A stretch of DNA of 64,000 nucleotides, taken from NCBI RefSeq assembly GCF_009914755.1, contig NC_060928.1, one strand, 5' to 3'. The notes beneath the pieces are model-generated. The model was given only the letters and a program-made list of their open reading frames with translations. It was not told the origin of the DNA and did not search any database. The position numbers and the translations under genes are program-made. This DNA is from the human T2T-CHM13v2.0 reference genome, Homo sapiens. This document shows positions 10,539-24,560 of this stretch, one piece after another (positions within the stretch are counted from its first letter, which is position 1; every line of letters starts with the position of its first letter).

Positions 10539-13236
10539 GTCATTTCTATTTATGTATCATCTTGAAGCACTTGGGAATACTAATGAATAGAACAGAATTC
10601 AGTCTTACTTTTTAAGTTCAAGAAATACCTATGTTGTTCTGGTTCAACTAGCAAAGGTTAAATAATTACTAGATTGGAGCTGCTTGAAGAAGCATGTGAC
10701 TCATGTTTTCTGGTCTGGTAGCCAGGAGTTTGGCTGCAGGTTTTTCTTATTAGCCGCTGCAAATTGTGCTGTGCGTAATATGATGGGGCCCATGCTGATT
10801 TGGATGCTTAGTGTGTGCTTGTGCACGTGAAGGGAATAATGCTGTCTTCTCTAAGATGAAAGGCAAAATTAGCTTTTGCATTGGAGTTTGCATTATAAAG
10901 AATAGTACAACTGTTCACCCTGCCTCTTATTCCAGGCATATGTTAAGTGGGTGATTAAATATCTCTATTTCTAGTCCTAGTGCAATTTTTAATGTCTATT
11001 CTTTTCTTCACATAGTTCAAGTTGTGAGAGTCATATGTTTACCTTAAAATGTAAACAATGATTAATTACTTGCCAGTAAATGTACTGTGGTAATAGAAAT
11101 ACAATAAATGCAAATTAATGCTGGTTATTCACTTTATGCCTAATCTAATGGTGTTGAAAAGGCTAAATTCGCAGGCCTTGTTGCTTACCTTCATAGAATT
11201 TACATATAGTGTTCCTGAAAAAGCACTTATAAAGTATACATTTTTTTCTCTTTTAATTTTCCGTAAATTTAATGATGGCTGCCTGAAAAAAAAATGTATA
11301 CTATTCTGGCACAGAAGTTACCACTGAAATGAGTAGAAATGAAGATTTTTGAAACTGGATATTAGGTTCTTGAGCCATTTTGTTGCCCTGTTACCTAAAA
11401 GGGTACCCTGTTCCTAGTGAGGCAAATAAAAATATCTGTTTATTATGATGATGATGTACCACTCAATAGCTATTTTCAGGTTGGTTGATTGATACAGCTC
11501 TGACCCTTATGAAATTCCTTAGCAATAGAGCCCAGAGCACGGCTTGACTCCCTCCTGGGAGCTGTGGTTATTAGGAACAGCGGCTCTTTTCAGTTCAGTT
11601 GCTAAATATTTCATCTACTTTCAGAAAATCAGACTAGAACACAGTTCACTGCTCTTCAAGCAGTATAGGCTCTTACCATGCCTTCAGGGATGCTAAACTG
11701 CTACTGCTGTGGGGATTGTGGCATTTCAAAGGGATATTAAGACATAACATATTACATTATATGGTAGCAATGGGCCACTTCTCATTTCTTTTTTAAATAA
11801 AAAGAATGTGAAAGTGAAGAAAATGTGAGTATATCCCTAGAAGTAAAACTATATCTTTCTGATAAAATATCCCTAGTAAATTCAGAATGAGGAAAAGATG
11901 AATGTTTTGGCACTCTGGATAAATGGCTAATCTTTGTGAAAAACCTAATTATGGCAACCTAATGAAATACATTTGTAATACCAGGTAGACAAAGCCAATG
12001 AGATTTATATCAGATTTTCTCACCCTGATTCAGCAGAAGAAAAATATTAGTTCTGCTTGTGACTCTGGTTCCATTCCAGCACTTGGTAGATACTATTGGT
12101 TTCTGTTCTAAGAACTATGCAGGTTTATCTTGTGATAAAGAGAAGTAGACACAGCTATAACAAAACAAAAGGTAAAACACAACTACTCCCACAGGTCTGT
12201 TTTCCTGTGTTTTCATTTTTGTAGAATTTCTGCAGTGGAACTCTATTTTGTCTTCACTAAAGATCAGTCCTCCTGTAGGCAACGTCTACTGCTATCTAAT
12301 GATCCATGTACTCTTTTAAGATGTCTCTCCTTTTTGCTGAATTGAAGCAATCCTTTCAGGATGAACAATTTTTATTTTATATGACTTAACTTCATTTGCT
12401 TCTAACTTTGAATTTACGTAATATTTCTTGTGAACAAAATCATCACACTGAAAAGGGTAGAAACCATTTTGGGAGGGCCCTCAAGTGTAGAGCAAGTTCT
12501 CCCACATCAGGCTCTGCTCACTCCTTTCTTTTCTCTCTTTAGGGACTTCAGCCTGGGCTTTTTCTAAATGATTGGCTTTCATTACTTAAAGGGTCAAAGA
12601 GATGCCTCTTCTCATCACCGCCAGAAAAGCTTCTGCTCTGTGCTCACAGCTTTCATTTCTTTGAAGCCTCTGTGCACTGTTTCCACTTGACCAAAACCAC
12701 AGGGAGTTCAATTATCAAAGAATCACTCCCTTCTGAGAATTCTTAAAGAAAAACACTTCCATTCTGAGATAAGACAGCAAATGCAATAAGTTCCCCATTC
12801 ACTGTGTAGGATGCTAAACAATGTCAAATTGAATTCTCTGTAGTGGGAAGTTTGGAGTGGATTTTTTTCAGCTACAGAATGGTCAGGGCACATCCATATA
12901 ATGTCAGTGGGGGCAATATTGCTAATCCATCCTTGTGTCACCTCTGGGACAATTCTGAATGCCAGAATGACTTCTTCCTCTGCCCAGGACATTATTGAGC
13001 CACTCTCATGGCTCTGCATTGGCACACTCCAATGCTTCCTGTCAGCAGGGCTAATGTCTTATTAAAAAGGGGTGAGTGGAGGAGGGTGTATCTTGTGATG
13101 CAGCATACCATAGTTGTTAAGATCAACACTTATTGAAAAAAATATGCTTTGAAATGACACTTGGGGATCTTCTTTACTAATACAGAGATTTATATTTCAA
13201 TAGAATTTTGAAAATTAAAGAAGAAAAAGACACTAT

Positions 13237-13420
13237 GATTTGTTCAAGGTCCATTATATGTCAGGCATTTGTTGTCTCATTTAATCATAACCACAGTCCT
13301 GTAAGGTAGATATTTGTGTTTCACTCTTTATGAAGGAGAAAAGGGCTCCAATGAACTAAAAACCTTGCCCAATATCACAAGAATCAGTGTTTGAACCCAG
13401 GACTCCCAGATTACTCATTC
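13237..13420 (-). mobile_element. MIR SINE
   Basis: tatgtcaggcat...ctcatttaatc...ccttgcccaatatcaca...tttgaacccagg. Confidence 0.7.
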
Positions 13421-13971
13421 TGTGTGCATTTCACTGACCTGCTCACTTACACTAACATTTTAGTGGTAGGAAAATAAATCTGTCTTATAAAATCTAGACA
13501 TTACAAAACCAGATTCTTGGTTACTGTATGCAGATCTGAAAATACAAGAACCCAAAATCTGTAGGTGAGAGTACTATGTTTATTGTTCTGTGAAGAATAC
13601 AATTAAAGTTGAGGACACAGACCAAAGAGTAAAGTTGATTCTCAGGATATTCCCAGGAGTGTGGCTAAATAATAAATGAGAATCACTTCTTTGATTTTTT
13701 TTTTAGGAAATATGGCTATGTGTTTAATGTTCTAATTTAGTACTTAGAATAAGAGTACGCATATACACACACATGCACACACATACACTTTAAAGGGACA
13801 CAACATATAGAATGTTGTCCATTCCAGTATCTCCAAACTCCAACTCAAAATGAGTTGTAGCTATGAATGTGGAGTCTAAATTCTGCCTATTGGATCATCC
13901 TGATGCCAGCATTTACTAGACGAATGACTTTGGGAAAATTATATAGGCATCTTACCATGGGTTTTCTCTTG

Positions 13972-14049
13972 TATTAAACCATTACTATGGTTTTCTTGTC
14001 GCATTAATAGTAATGCAAAAACCACAATTACCTTTGCACAAACCTAATA
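13972..14049. mobile_element. MADE1 (Hsmar1-derived MITE), right TIR intact and left TIR degraded, inside a MIR remnant (~13865-14085)
   Basis: taatgcaaaaaccacaattacctttgcacaaacctaa followed by TA at 14011-14049 matches the MADE1/Hsmar1 TIR (aatggcaaaaaccgcaattacttttgcaccaacctaa). Confidence 0.75.
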
Positions 14050-14562
14050 TGAAGTAGAGGTAAAAATATCTAACTCATGTGGATGTATATCAGATAGAAT
14101 GCATGTGTTTTGAACAACAGAAATCTCAACTAAAAATGATAATTTTACCCTCATGGAACTGAATATTCCAACAATTGATCTGGTTTGAGGTGTGGTTTCA
14201 CTCAGGACTCAAACAAGGTCATCAGAATCCACTTCCAGAATCTGGTTCCTTTCCATTTTGGCTCCAAAAACAGGCATACAGTGGGCTTCTGGCAAATATT
14301 AACTACAGCAGTTTCAAGCTCCAAATCCTTATGTCCAGTGAAGAACATGTGAATCTATGCACTAGAATTTCCAGAGCAAATATTAAGGCTCATTCTTATT
14401 CAACTAGCTTACATTATATACTTATCCCTAAATCAATTACTGTGACCAGTTGATAAGATACTCTGGTTTTAGCTATAACATTCTTAATAGAGGACTGGGC
14501 TGAATAGCATATAGAGGGTATTTAAACTTATAGGTTTGGATACAATCACTATGGAAGTGTAG

Positions 14563-14997
14563 TGTCAAACCAAATAACAGACAAAAGAAGCTCTTTAAAA
14601 GAAAATAATATTTATTTGGATATGAGCATCGAAATGGGAATGTGTGTGCCATAGTAAACTATGTGGGTATTCTGGGTGATAAAGACAAAGTTTAAAAAAA
14701 ATAAGGAAGATTGCATAATTGTTTTGAGATAATTATCCTGGACTACAAGGATCAATAATAACAAGGGTTGTGCCAGTTGGAGATTGGACAGGCAGTTGCT
14801 GGGCAGATATTCTTGCAGAAATATTTTTTGTGTAAGGTTGAGATGGCCTTTGTGCAAGGTTGTCATTTTTAAGTCTTTTGTGATAGTTCTTATTATCAGA
14901 CATTCATGCATGAGAAGCCTCTCTTCATGGCTTTCCCCAGCTTCATTTGTCAGAGCTTTTAACACAAGTGATTCCATTTTGATTCTGACAACTTTCA
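14563..14997 (-). mobile_element. Solo ERV1 LTR, MER31/MER67-like
   Basis: Minus strand begins TGAAAGTTGTCAGAATCAAAATGGAATCACTTGTGTTAAAA and ends ...TTTGACA. AATAAA near the 3' end. Confidence 0.75.
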
Positions 14998-15009
14998 TAG
15001 TAGATAGAG

Positions 15010-15790
15010 AAGAAAGAAGGCCCAGAATTTGAGAATTATAACAATTTAATATTAAAAGGTTGAGAGAAGAAAAACCACAAGAGGAAACCAAGAAAGAGTA
15101 ATCAATGAGGTAGGATAAAAACCAAGAGGAAATGTTATCCTCAAAGCCAATTCAATCACTTATAGGAGGACAGAATGACTAACTGACTGAAATACTACTG
15201 ATACATTAAGCAAGAGCAGGACCTACATCTAAGAAGTAACGAGATCCTTGATGACTTTGATAACAATGATTTCTGTGATGTGGTGCGAGCAAATGTCTGA
15301 TTGCCATGGGTTTATAGAAAAGAGAGGAGAGAAACTGGAAAAATAGAACTTTCAAGAGGTTTGTTGCAAAAAAGGGGCAAAGAAACGGGAGCTGGTGAAA
15401 TGGGTGGAGTAATGAAAAGTTTTCTCTAAGATGAGATAAGTAACATTATATTTCAATGATGGTAAGAATATTTGGTAATGACTAAAAAGTTATTGATGAA
15501 GGAGGGAGGGGAAAACTACTAAAGTGACATCCTAAAGGAGGTGAGAGGAGATGGGATGCAGTAGAGGGATGGGCTTTGGATAGAAGCATGGACAGGTCAC
15601 CTGAAGTAGCTGGATAGAAGGGTGGGTGGCAGGTCCTGATAGGTAGGTGGCTAGATGTCATGGTGGGAATCTGGTGAAGGCGCCTATGGTTGCTCCAGGT
15701 TTCTTTGTGAAGTAAGAAGAAAGGTCATAAGCTGAGAGTGAGAATGGGGAAAGAGGTATTGGGGATTTTCAGAGAGGGGAGAAATCATAA
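15010..15790 (-). mobile_element. L2 LINE fragment
   Basis: Purine-rich L2 antisense pattern (gaggtaggataaaaaccaagag, atccttgatgactttga, ttcaagaggtttgttgcaaaaaagggg). Confidence 0.65.
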
Positions 15791-16089
15791 AATGTATATA
15801 TATTTTTTAGGACAATGGGAGACTGAATGGACACAGGGGATGTAGAAGATGATTATTGAGCAGCATTTTAAGGGCCTATAGGTAGCTATTTTCATGAATT
15901 TAAAATGAGATCTATCAGCTTACTTGTTTGTTTTTCCCCAGCTACATCTAATTTCTTAAGTACAGGCATAGCGTTAGAAAAGAGTTAGATTTACCCAGGG
16001 CTGTGGTATCAGCACTATAATGAAGTGGAAAAGAGGTGACTGAATCAGGGAGTGAGGGGATTTCATGTCACCTTTTTGGCTTAAACTTC

Positions 16090-16961
<872 letters not shown>

Positions 16962-17339
16962 CTAGATTCTAGATTAATCTTTTCATTTCACAGGTTCAAA
17001 TCCATAGGTAAATAGTGGGAGAGCCAATTATCTCAGCAGCCTCAATTCGTTTTTCTTTCATTCCAGTTTCTTTCCACTCATATAACTGTGATCACTCCCC
17101 TGACTGCTGCAGTTTCTTTATTCTCAAAGATTCACACTTACAGAGTGCATGGTACCATACCTAGACCTCTAACAAGCAGGATCATAGCTGCTTTCAAAGA
17201 ACTTCTAAACTCACAGGGAGAGAGTTATCAACTAATAATTATTACCTCATGGGAGCGGCGCAATATTAGGGATATGCATAATGTGTGCCTAATTTCTAAT
17301 TCTGGTTTATTGCTGATTATTTTCGTGTGTGTTGATTAC

Positions 17340-17467
17340 ATTGATCAAACCGTAAATTCTTTGCATGCAAAGTGCATCTTTGTTTTTTTGTGTGTCTTTC
17401 ATCATTTCTGCTTAATGTCTAGGATCGGGTCTGCCTCCTACCAGGACCTTAATAAAACTTACTGATA
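17340..17467 (+). mobile_element. L2 3' end fragment
   Basis: cgtaaattctttgcatgcaaag...tgtctaggatcgggtctgcc...ttaataaaacttactga. Confidence 0.5.
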
Positions 17468-17632
17468 GAATGGCACTAATTCACTGCTTTCTAGTTCCCG
17501 TAAAGCAATGAATGTTTGGCCATACCAAGCAAGGAATGTAAAGAAATTTCTGAATCAGATTGCCTCTAATCCTATTAAAAATGATAAAAATTATATTGAA
17601 GAATGTCCAACTTAAAAGAGATAGTGATATAA

Positions 17633-17850
17633 TACTAATAATTTCTAACACTGAGCCATGTGCTCCCCAAAGTACTTTATTTATACTACTTAATTTAATG
17701 GTCACAATGAACCAATTCTGTCATTATTCTTATTATCACTACCATTTTACAAATGAAGATACTAAAGCACAGAGACTTTGAAGAACCTTTTAAAATCACA
17801 TGGCCAAAAAATTATGGAGCTGGGATTTTAACCCAGGCAATCTGACTTAC
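17633..17850 (-). mobile_element. MIR SINE
   Basis: ccattttacaaatgaagatactaaagcacagag...ggagctgggatttaacccaggcaatctgact. Confidence 0.8.
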
Positions 17851-19308
17851 ATGCACATATTTGATAAAGTTACTGATCTCCTTCAGGTTCCGGTTAGCAG
17901 ACCAGAACTTCTTTTCAGGCCCTGTTTTTTCAAAAACTTACTTTGTCTTAGGCAGGAGGATTATATCTGGTGTATATATATAATAGTATATTATACATAC
18001 TACAGTCATGTCTGATTAGAGACATTTCCTTATATTCTGAGCAGCACTCACAGTTTTACCACTGTTGGTATTAAAATGATTACAATGCATGTGATCATTT
18101 ACATTTTCTGAAGCTGATAATGAAATTAGAAAATTTGAAAATCAGACTTTTTTTCCTGGGAGAACTGAAAAGAATAATTGAATCGGAACAATTGAAAACC
18201 TGATTAATCTGCATAAAATGCAATTGAGTATTTTCCCCAAATAAAACTATTACAAATTTAAAATGCTTTCTGCATCATGAGGTCAGTCTGTTATGCAGTG
18301 ATTAATAAATAAGGCAATTTGTTTTCCATCACGCAGAAGCTAATATTAGATAACCTGTACTCATAAGCAGACAGGCTACTTTAAGCTTTCCTTTCAGAAC
18401 TGGGCCAACTCTCCAGAGAACCCAGACTCCCTTATTTGGAGGTAGATCTATAAATTGACTGATACTCACACATACCAAAAAGGCTCTTGGGAAGGCCTTT
18501 GAGAAGGTCAACCCCCCACAGGCTACTCACTAAAAGATAAATGAAGGAAAACAGCTTTTATTAGACATTTACTTTTTTGGATGAAGGTAGAAGTTCATGC
18601 TCACATATAGGATCTTCTTATAGCATACTATAGTCACACCTAGAATCCTGCTCTACTTACAGTATACTATCCTATATTCATGAATTTAGGCTTAGGATTC
18701 ATGGTTCTGCTGTTAGGATAGCCCTATGCTACATATTTTCCTGAAATATTTAAGGTGTCTTAGAGGTGTTTCAGATGTTTTAAACAGCTACCCTGGCCTT
18801 TCAGTCAGCTAAAGGGCAAATGGAAAGCACTATTGCCACTGATAAAGAAAAAAGACCTAGAATATAAAGATGATAAAGATTTTTAAAGAACAAATGGCAA
18901 CTTAACAAGACAAGCAGTGGTCAAATGTGCAAGAAAATCAGTAAAAAGCTATTGCTTTTTGAAACATCAGAGAAGTTCCTGCTTTAAAGTCTTAATCTTG
19001 TTAAGATAAGAATTTGTCAATCAGCTCAGTGGGAAAATTGGATTATACTTTGACCCATGGTTGGATGAGTTGCAGATTATCTTTCAGGACAAGAAATTAA
19101 ATAAAACTAAATTCAATAAATTCAATTCTTCCTTGATGTAGGACATAAATATTCTCTAGCCACCATCTTTTTTTTCTTTTCTTTTCTTTTTTTTTTTTTA
19201 ACCAAAAAAGATAAAATGCTGCTTATACAAAGACTTTCTCCAGGGAATGAGCAAAGTCACTCTCCAGGAAAACTAGATAAATAAATAAAATAAATTCCTC
19301 TACCCAGT

Positions 19309-19828
19309 TGTCTGAGGCATTCAAACCAGAGTGACTCCATTTTGAATGAGGGCTAGGAAAATTAGGTTGAGACCTGCTGGGCTGCATTCCCAGAAAGTTA
19401 GGCATTCCTAGCCTCTAGATGTTTATGGTTAAGGGAACAAATTAATAATGCTTACTAAACAGACCCAGACTTGGGAGTGTCCAGATATCCCCATATCTGA
19501 AGAAAAAAGGCATTCCTAATTTTGCTTTAAAGATAATAATATCGATTCTTGCAAAATATAGTGGTTAAGAAAATTAATCCTTTATCACAAACCCTTGTAA
19601 CAGAGCACATCTCCCCATATAAACAAGCATTGTACCCATGGTGAACATGTTCCTCCTCTTACTTTCGGGAACATCCTACTCTGTCTGTGGAGTAGCTGTT
19701 CTTTCAATACTTTACTCTCTTAATAAACTTGCTTTTACTTTGCTCTGCAGACTCGCCCTGGATTCTTTCTTCCTCAAGATCCAAGAACCCTCTCTTGGGG
19801 TCTGGATTGGGACCCCTTTCCTGTAACA
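19309..19828 (+). mobile_element. Solo LTR, MER41 family (MER41A-like)
   Basis: TGTCTGAGGCATTCAAACCAGAGTGACTCCATTTTGAAT start and ...ccaagaaccctctcttggggtctggattgggacccctttcctgtaaCA end. AATAAA present. Near-TSD cagt/caat. Confidence 0.9.
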
Positions 19829-19929
19829 CAATTATTGCTTAAAATCTTTCCACTATTGATGTTTTCTTCCCTCAGTTATAGTCCCTTGCATTTACATAGT
19901 CTTTTTTATTTTTCAGTCACTCTTATAGA

Positions 19930-20400
19930 CATTGGTGATTGTCTGCTTAAAGGCTATTTCCCTCTTCTTCTTACTAATGAAACTCTTCTGTTTTTAGGTG
20001 TTAGTATTCCTTTCCCTGAAGGTATGCTTCAAGGAAGGCTGGCCTTTGCCACAGGACAGAAATCTTGATAACCCAATTATGCTTTTTTAGATAATTATGG
20101 CTTGACTAAGCCAATGTCGGTAATTCCATTGCCTACTGACCAGAATGGGTTAAGAAGTACCATGTGACCTAATTCAGGCCACTGGAGACCTAATTCTCCA
20201 ATGAAACATAAGGAGATGGCTAAGGATTCAGAAAAAGATTTTTTAGATCTTAAATGATACACAAGGATTTGTTTTATTTTCCCTCTTTTTTTCACCTCTG
20301 GACATTGCTGTTTATGCATGTACTGCTATACCCATTTTGAGCCCCGTGATAAGAGCTGGCTGACAAAATGAGAATAGCAGAATGGAAAATAAATCTTTGA
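19930..20400 (+). mobile_element. Old MaLR LTR (MLT1J/K-like)
   Basis: ttgactaagccaat...catgtgacctaattcaggcca...gctatacccattttgagcc motifs typical of old MLT1. Confidence 0.55.
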
Positions 20401-20418
20401 GTACTGATTTATTTTTTC

Positions 20419-20727
<309 letters not shown>

Positions 20728-20924
20728 TGATTTATTTTTTCAAAAGAAATCAAATTTCATCAAAACAATTTGAAATGACAGGATGAAGAAATAAAATCAA
20801 TGTTTATTGATAGACATAAAAAAGAATTTTTCAAGTGGTTTTCAGGGTTAAAAGAGAAACTACACAATGTCAGAACAAGCCTAGGAAACACATTTCTTCA
20901 TCCTTTCTGGCACACAGTAGGTCC

Positions 20925-21552
20925 TGTTGGGGCTCAGAACTGTATTCCCCAAAGACTGGCAGTTGGATGTGATGAAAGGCATTGGAAGCTGCCACAGAAT
21001 CAAGGTCCTTCTAACCTCGTCTCATCTCTTCCCTTCTCTCCAAGCACAAGGAAGGACTTTCTGGAATCTACTTATCTGACCAAGAAAGCTTCTTTCCAAA
21101 AGAAATGCAATTGTCTTGAGACTTCTTCCCTAGGGATCTGATCAACTAACCAGAAAAGAGCAACCACCAGAGAAGAGACTGTGAGTTAAAACCCCACCCC
21201 AGAGACTTTTTATCTATTCTTCTGAGGGCAGCTCCAAGAGTTTACCTGGGGAACTCTATCTGCATAATAAGGGTACCTTTGCTCCTATGCAGCACTGTCC
21301 CTCACCTTTCCATAAGGTTTGTCTCCCACTTCCCAGGTTTATACATCTCTCTTCTATGAAGAGAATATTTAAGCCCAATCACCTGGCTCCTCTTCAAGTT
21401 CATATTTTGTCTGGCTCCCATGAACACTTGTGCATGTAATAGTAATGAATTTGTTCTCCTTTTCCCTTGTTAGCCTGTTTTATATTATAGGGATGTTTGC
21501 TATAACCTTTTACAATGGGGAGAAAAAAGATCATCCCATGTCTGCCCCTATA
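20925..21552 (+). mobile_element. Solo ERV1 LTR, MER34/MER39 family
   Basis: TGTTGGGGCTCAGAA start, ccaaaagaaatgcaattgtc, ttcttctgagggcagctcc, tatctgcataataag, and ...tctgcccctata end. Confidence 0.75.
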
Positions 21553-22404
21553 ATTTTAAATATATCAACAATTAGATTCTTGTTTATCCTTTTTGTTTTG
21601 GTATTTTGTTGTATCTGGGTGCCCTGTAAATGTTTGATACTCTTGCTTTCCACATAGAAGAGTCTTCTGAGTTAGGTCAGTGCTGTTGGATTGTAGTCAG
21701 TGGAGAATGTGTCAGTCAGGAATGTGCATAAAAGCACCTTCCTACCTCTCCCTCTTCATCTTCTATGATTCCTCATACCCATTTGAATCTTTAGCTAAAC
21801 ACCACCAGTATATTTCTTTGACACTGATATCCTCTCTTCTGCTTCAGTGCCATTGTCTATTGTACGTGACTTAACCCTAAGCTACCTCTGCTGCTACTAT
21901 CAGTGGATGTAGCCTTCAAGTGTTATTCATGGGATTTGTGGAGCTACTGAACAATAGAAAAATCTGTTGTCAACTCTGATTACAAGAATGTAATGATTCT
22001 TCCTAAAATAAAAGGAGAAATCTTTCTCTTTAGCAACATGGGAGAAGATGAAAACAAAAATACAGCTACTGTTCTGAACAAAGAGAAGAAAAGCCATTTC
22101 AAGGGTTAACAAGTAAAGTTTTTATTCAGCAAGCAATTTCAGAGCAGATGGGTTGGGAGAGGATAAAGGAAGAAAGCAAAGTCTTTGTAGAAACCATTTG
22201 GTTAAGACTTAGTTCTTGAAACAAACTGAACAATAGCAGGGACTCAACAGTAAGTCTTCTAACAGGATGAAATGAGGCTCCATCACAGACAGCATACGTT
22301 TGTATACTGGAGTGCACCAGGAGAAGCAGAACTTGGAAGATATGGTTTCTCACAGCTTCCTTAACTCAGAGGGTGATTTCAATAATTCTCAAAAAGTTCT
22401 TGCT

Positions 22405-22700
22405 GGCTGGGTGCAGTGGCTCACACCTGTAATCCCAGCACTTTGGGAGGCCATGGCCGGCCTCCCAAATGTCAGGAGTTCAAGTCCATCCTGGCCAACA
22501 TGGTGAAACCCTGTCCCTACTAAAAATACAAAAAGTAGCTGGGCATGGTGGTGGGCACCTGTGATCCCAGCTACTTGGGAGGCTGAGCCAGGAGAATTGC
22601 TTAACCGGGACCCCGGAGGCGGAGGTTGCAGTGAGCCGAGATCACACCACTGCACTCCAGCCTGGGCTATAGAGCAAGACTCCATCTCAACAACAACAAA
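22405..22700 (+). mobile_element. AluS
   Basis: Full dimer. TSD AAAAAGTTCTTGC at 22391-22403 and 22701-22713. Confidence 0.92.
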
Positions 22701-22942
22701 AAAAAGTTCTTGCCGTGTTCACAAATTCATCCAGGTATTTTGAAGCATAAGTACTTTTACTGGGTACTTACTCCTACTGATTTTAATAGGTGCTATAAAT
22801 TAGCAAAATAAAACCATCAGAACTCTGATAGGTCAGGGTCCCATTAGGAAACAAAAAGCTATCAAAATAGGGTTTATTTGAGGAGCGGTTAATGAAGGGG
22901 ACATTTATAAAAGTATCAGCAAGAGAAATCACAAGAGAGTGC

Positions 22943-23360
22943 TTGGGACCTTTCTAAACTCCCCCTATTATTATTTTGTCTTTTTACTGGGCTATTCATT
23001 TGTATCCTCTAAGATATCTTTTGTAATAAGCTAGTAATCTTATAAGTAAACTGTTTTCCTGAATTGTGAGCTGCTTTAGCAAATAATGGAAAGTGAGGAG
23101 GGGGTCATGGGAACCTTCAGTTTGTAGCCAAGTTGAACAAAATATTGGGCAACCTGGTGATCTACCACTTGAAGTTGGCATCTGAAGGCAGGGAGGGGTG
23201 GGCAGCCATGTGGGTGTGAATCCTTAACCTATGGGATCTGTGCTAACTACAGGCTGTTAATGCCAGAATTACTTTGTATGGGAAACCCACATATCTTTTG
23301 TCAAAAGTGTTCCATGTTGAATGTGAGTATCAAGAAAAAAATAGTTTTTTTTTTTTATAC
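22943..23360 (+). mobile_element. MER21C-like LTR, 3' part
   Basis: catttgtatcct, gttttcctgaattgtgagctgc, ggggtcatgggaacc, gttggcatctgaagg, ccttaacctatgggatctg. Confidence 0.7.
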
Positions 23361-23482
23361 AGTTAGTAACAGCAGGATGCTACTGCCACTCCTAGTTCTA
23401 AAGGGACAAAGGGACAGAGAAGTCACTGGAACCCAGAGAGAAGGTCACCTGTCAGGAGCCATGGCCATTGGTAGAGGGATTC

Positions 23483-24008
23483 TCATAGGGTTAACAAGAA
23501 TTGCCATAGTCTTTAGGCAGAATTATAGTTAGAAACTGACCAGGGTGCGCTTTGACCCTGAAGCTGCCGAGTAACTGAGAGTCATGTAGCTTGCTGACCA
23601 CCTAATCCCTCATTGTTCCTATAGATAGAATCTCTGACACTGGACCTTTTTACGCAAGAATTGCTTAAAGTATTTTTCAGATCCTGAATTCGCAGAATGG
23701 CTGACATCAGCCTGTCTGAAGACCCCCACCAAAGACCTGACTCAGCACAGGAATGCAGTTTCGTCTTCCTGTCCCATAATTTCACCCCTCACTTCTCAAC
23801 CAATCAGTGATCCCCGCAATACCCATCACCTGGCCAGGCCCTTTAAAATCCCTAACCACAAACCCCTCAGGGAGGCAGATTTGAGGTTTCCTCCGGTCTC
23901 TTCAATTGACTGCATGATGATTGATTATTAAACTCTTTCTCTGCTGCAACCCCCAGTGTCTCCATATATTGACTCACTGCATCGGGCAAAGGACTCGTTA
24001 TGGTTATA
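23483..24008 (+). mobile_element. MER4-group ERV1 LTR (MER66-like)
   Basis: agggttaacaagaattg; cattgttcctatagatagaatctctgac; tttttcagatcctgaattc; gactcagc; attaaactctttctctgctgcaa. Confidence 0.7.
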
Positions 24009-24471
24009 GTATGCAGCCAGTCCTGACTGGCTCTTCAGGGAAGAAGCTGAGGGAATACTTTTCCTAAACCTCCCTCTGTTTCTTCACTCTGATATTCTGC
24101 TGGTCCTTCCTATTGACTGAACCCAGCCAGAATGTCAAGAGGCAAAGGAGCTTGTTGATCCAGTTCATGGAGGTCAGCCTGCTGCAAGATAGGGATAAGG
24201 GGAAACTAGAGATCACTAACGTGATTCATATTAGGATACCTCCTTCATAAGCTTTAATGGTTTAAATCTGAGTGTACTTGTAGTACATCTGAACATAGTA
24301 TTTATTCTACCCAAAATGCCTCTTAATTCTCCAGTCTTCTAAGTCACAGCAACCTCCCCTCTGCTAACCCAAGCTCCATCTGGCTAAAGGTCTAGTTCAA
24401 GACTTAAATCAAGTGTTCCCTCCCTGAGAAGGTAGGGTCTGTTTGTGTCTATTCCTGATGACTAGCTAAAC

Positions 24472-24560
24472 CAGTTAGAATTAAGATCGGCTGCATAAAG
24501 AAAAACACCTAAAAGGAGAATGGCTTAAATGTGATAGAAGTTTATTCCTTACTTATGTAA
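24472..24560 (-). mobile_element. MLT1 LTR 3'-end fragment
   Basis: ggctgcataaagaaaaacacc...tggcttaaatgtgatagaagtttattc. Confidence 0.5.

Larger units (their letters stand above)
22830..24210 (-). mobile_element. LTR33-like ERVL LTR in three pieces (~22830-22942, ~23361-23480, ~24010-24210), split by two later LTR insertions
   Basis: tcagggtcccattaggaaac...; gttagtaacagcagga...cactggaacccagagag; ctgctggtccttcctattgactgaacccagccagaa...gttgatccagttcatggaggtcagcct resemble LTR33 antisense. Confidence 0.55.

Noticed and set aside
14612-15091. 159-aa minus-strand ORF
   Set aside because: Spans an LTR/L2 boundary, has a non-ATG start and no recognisable domain.
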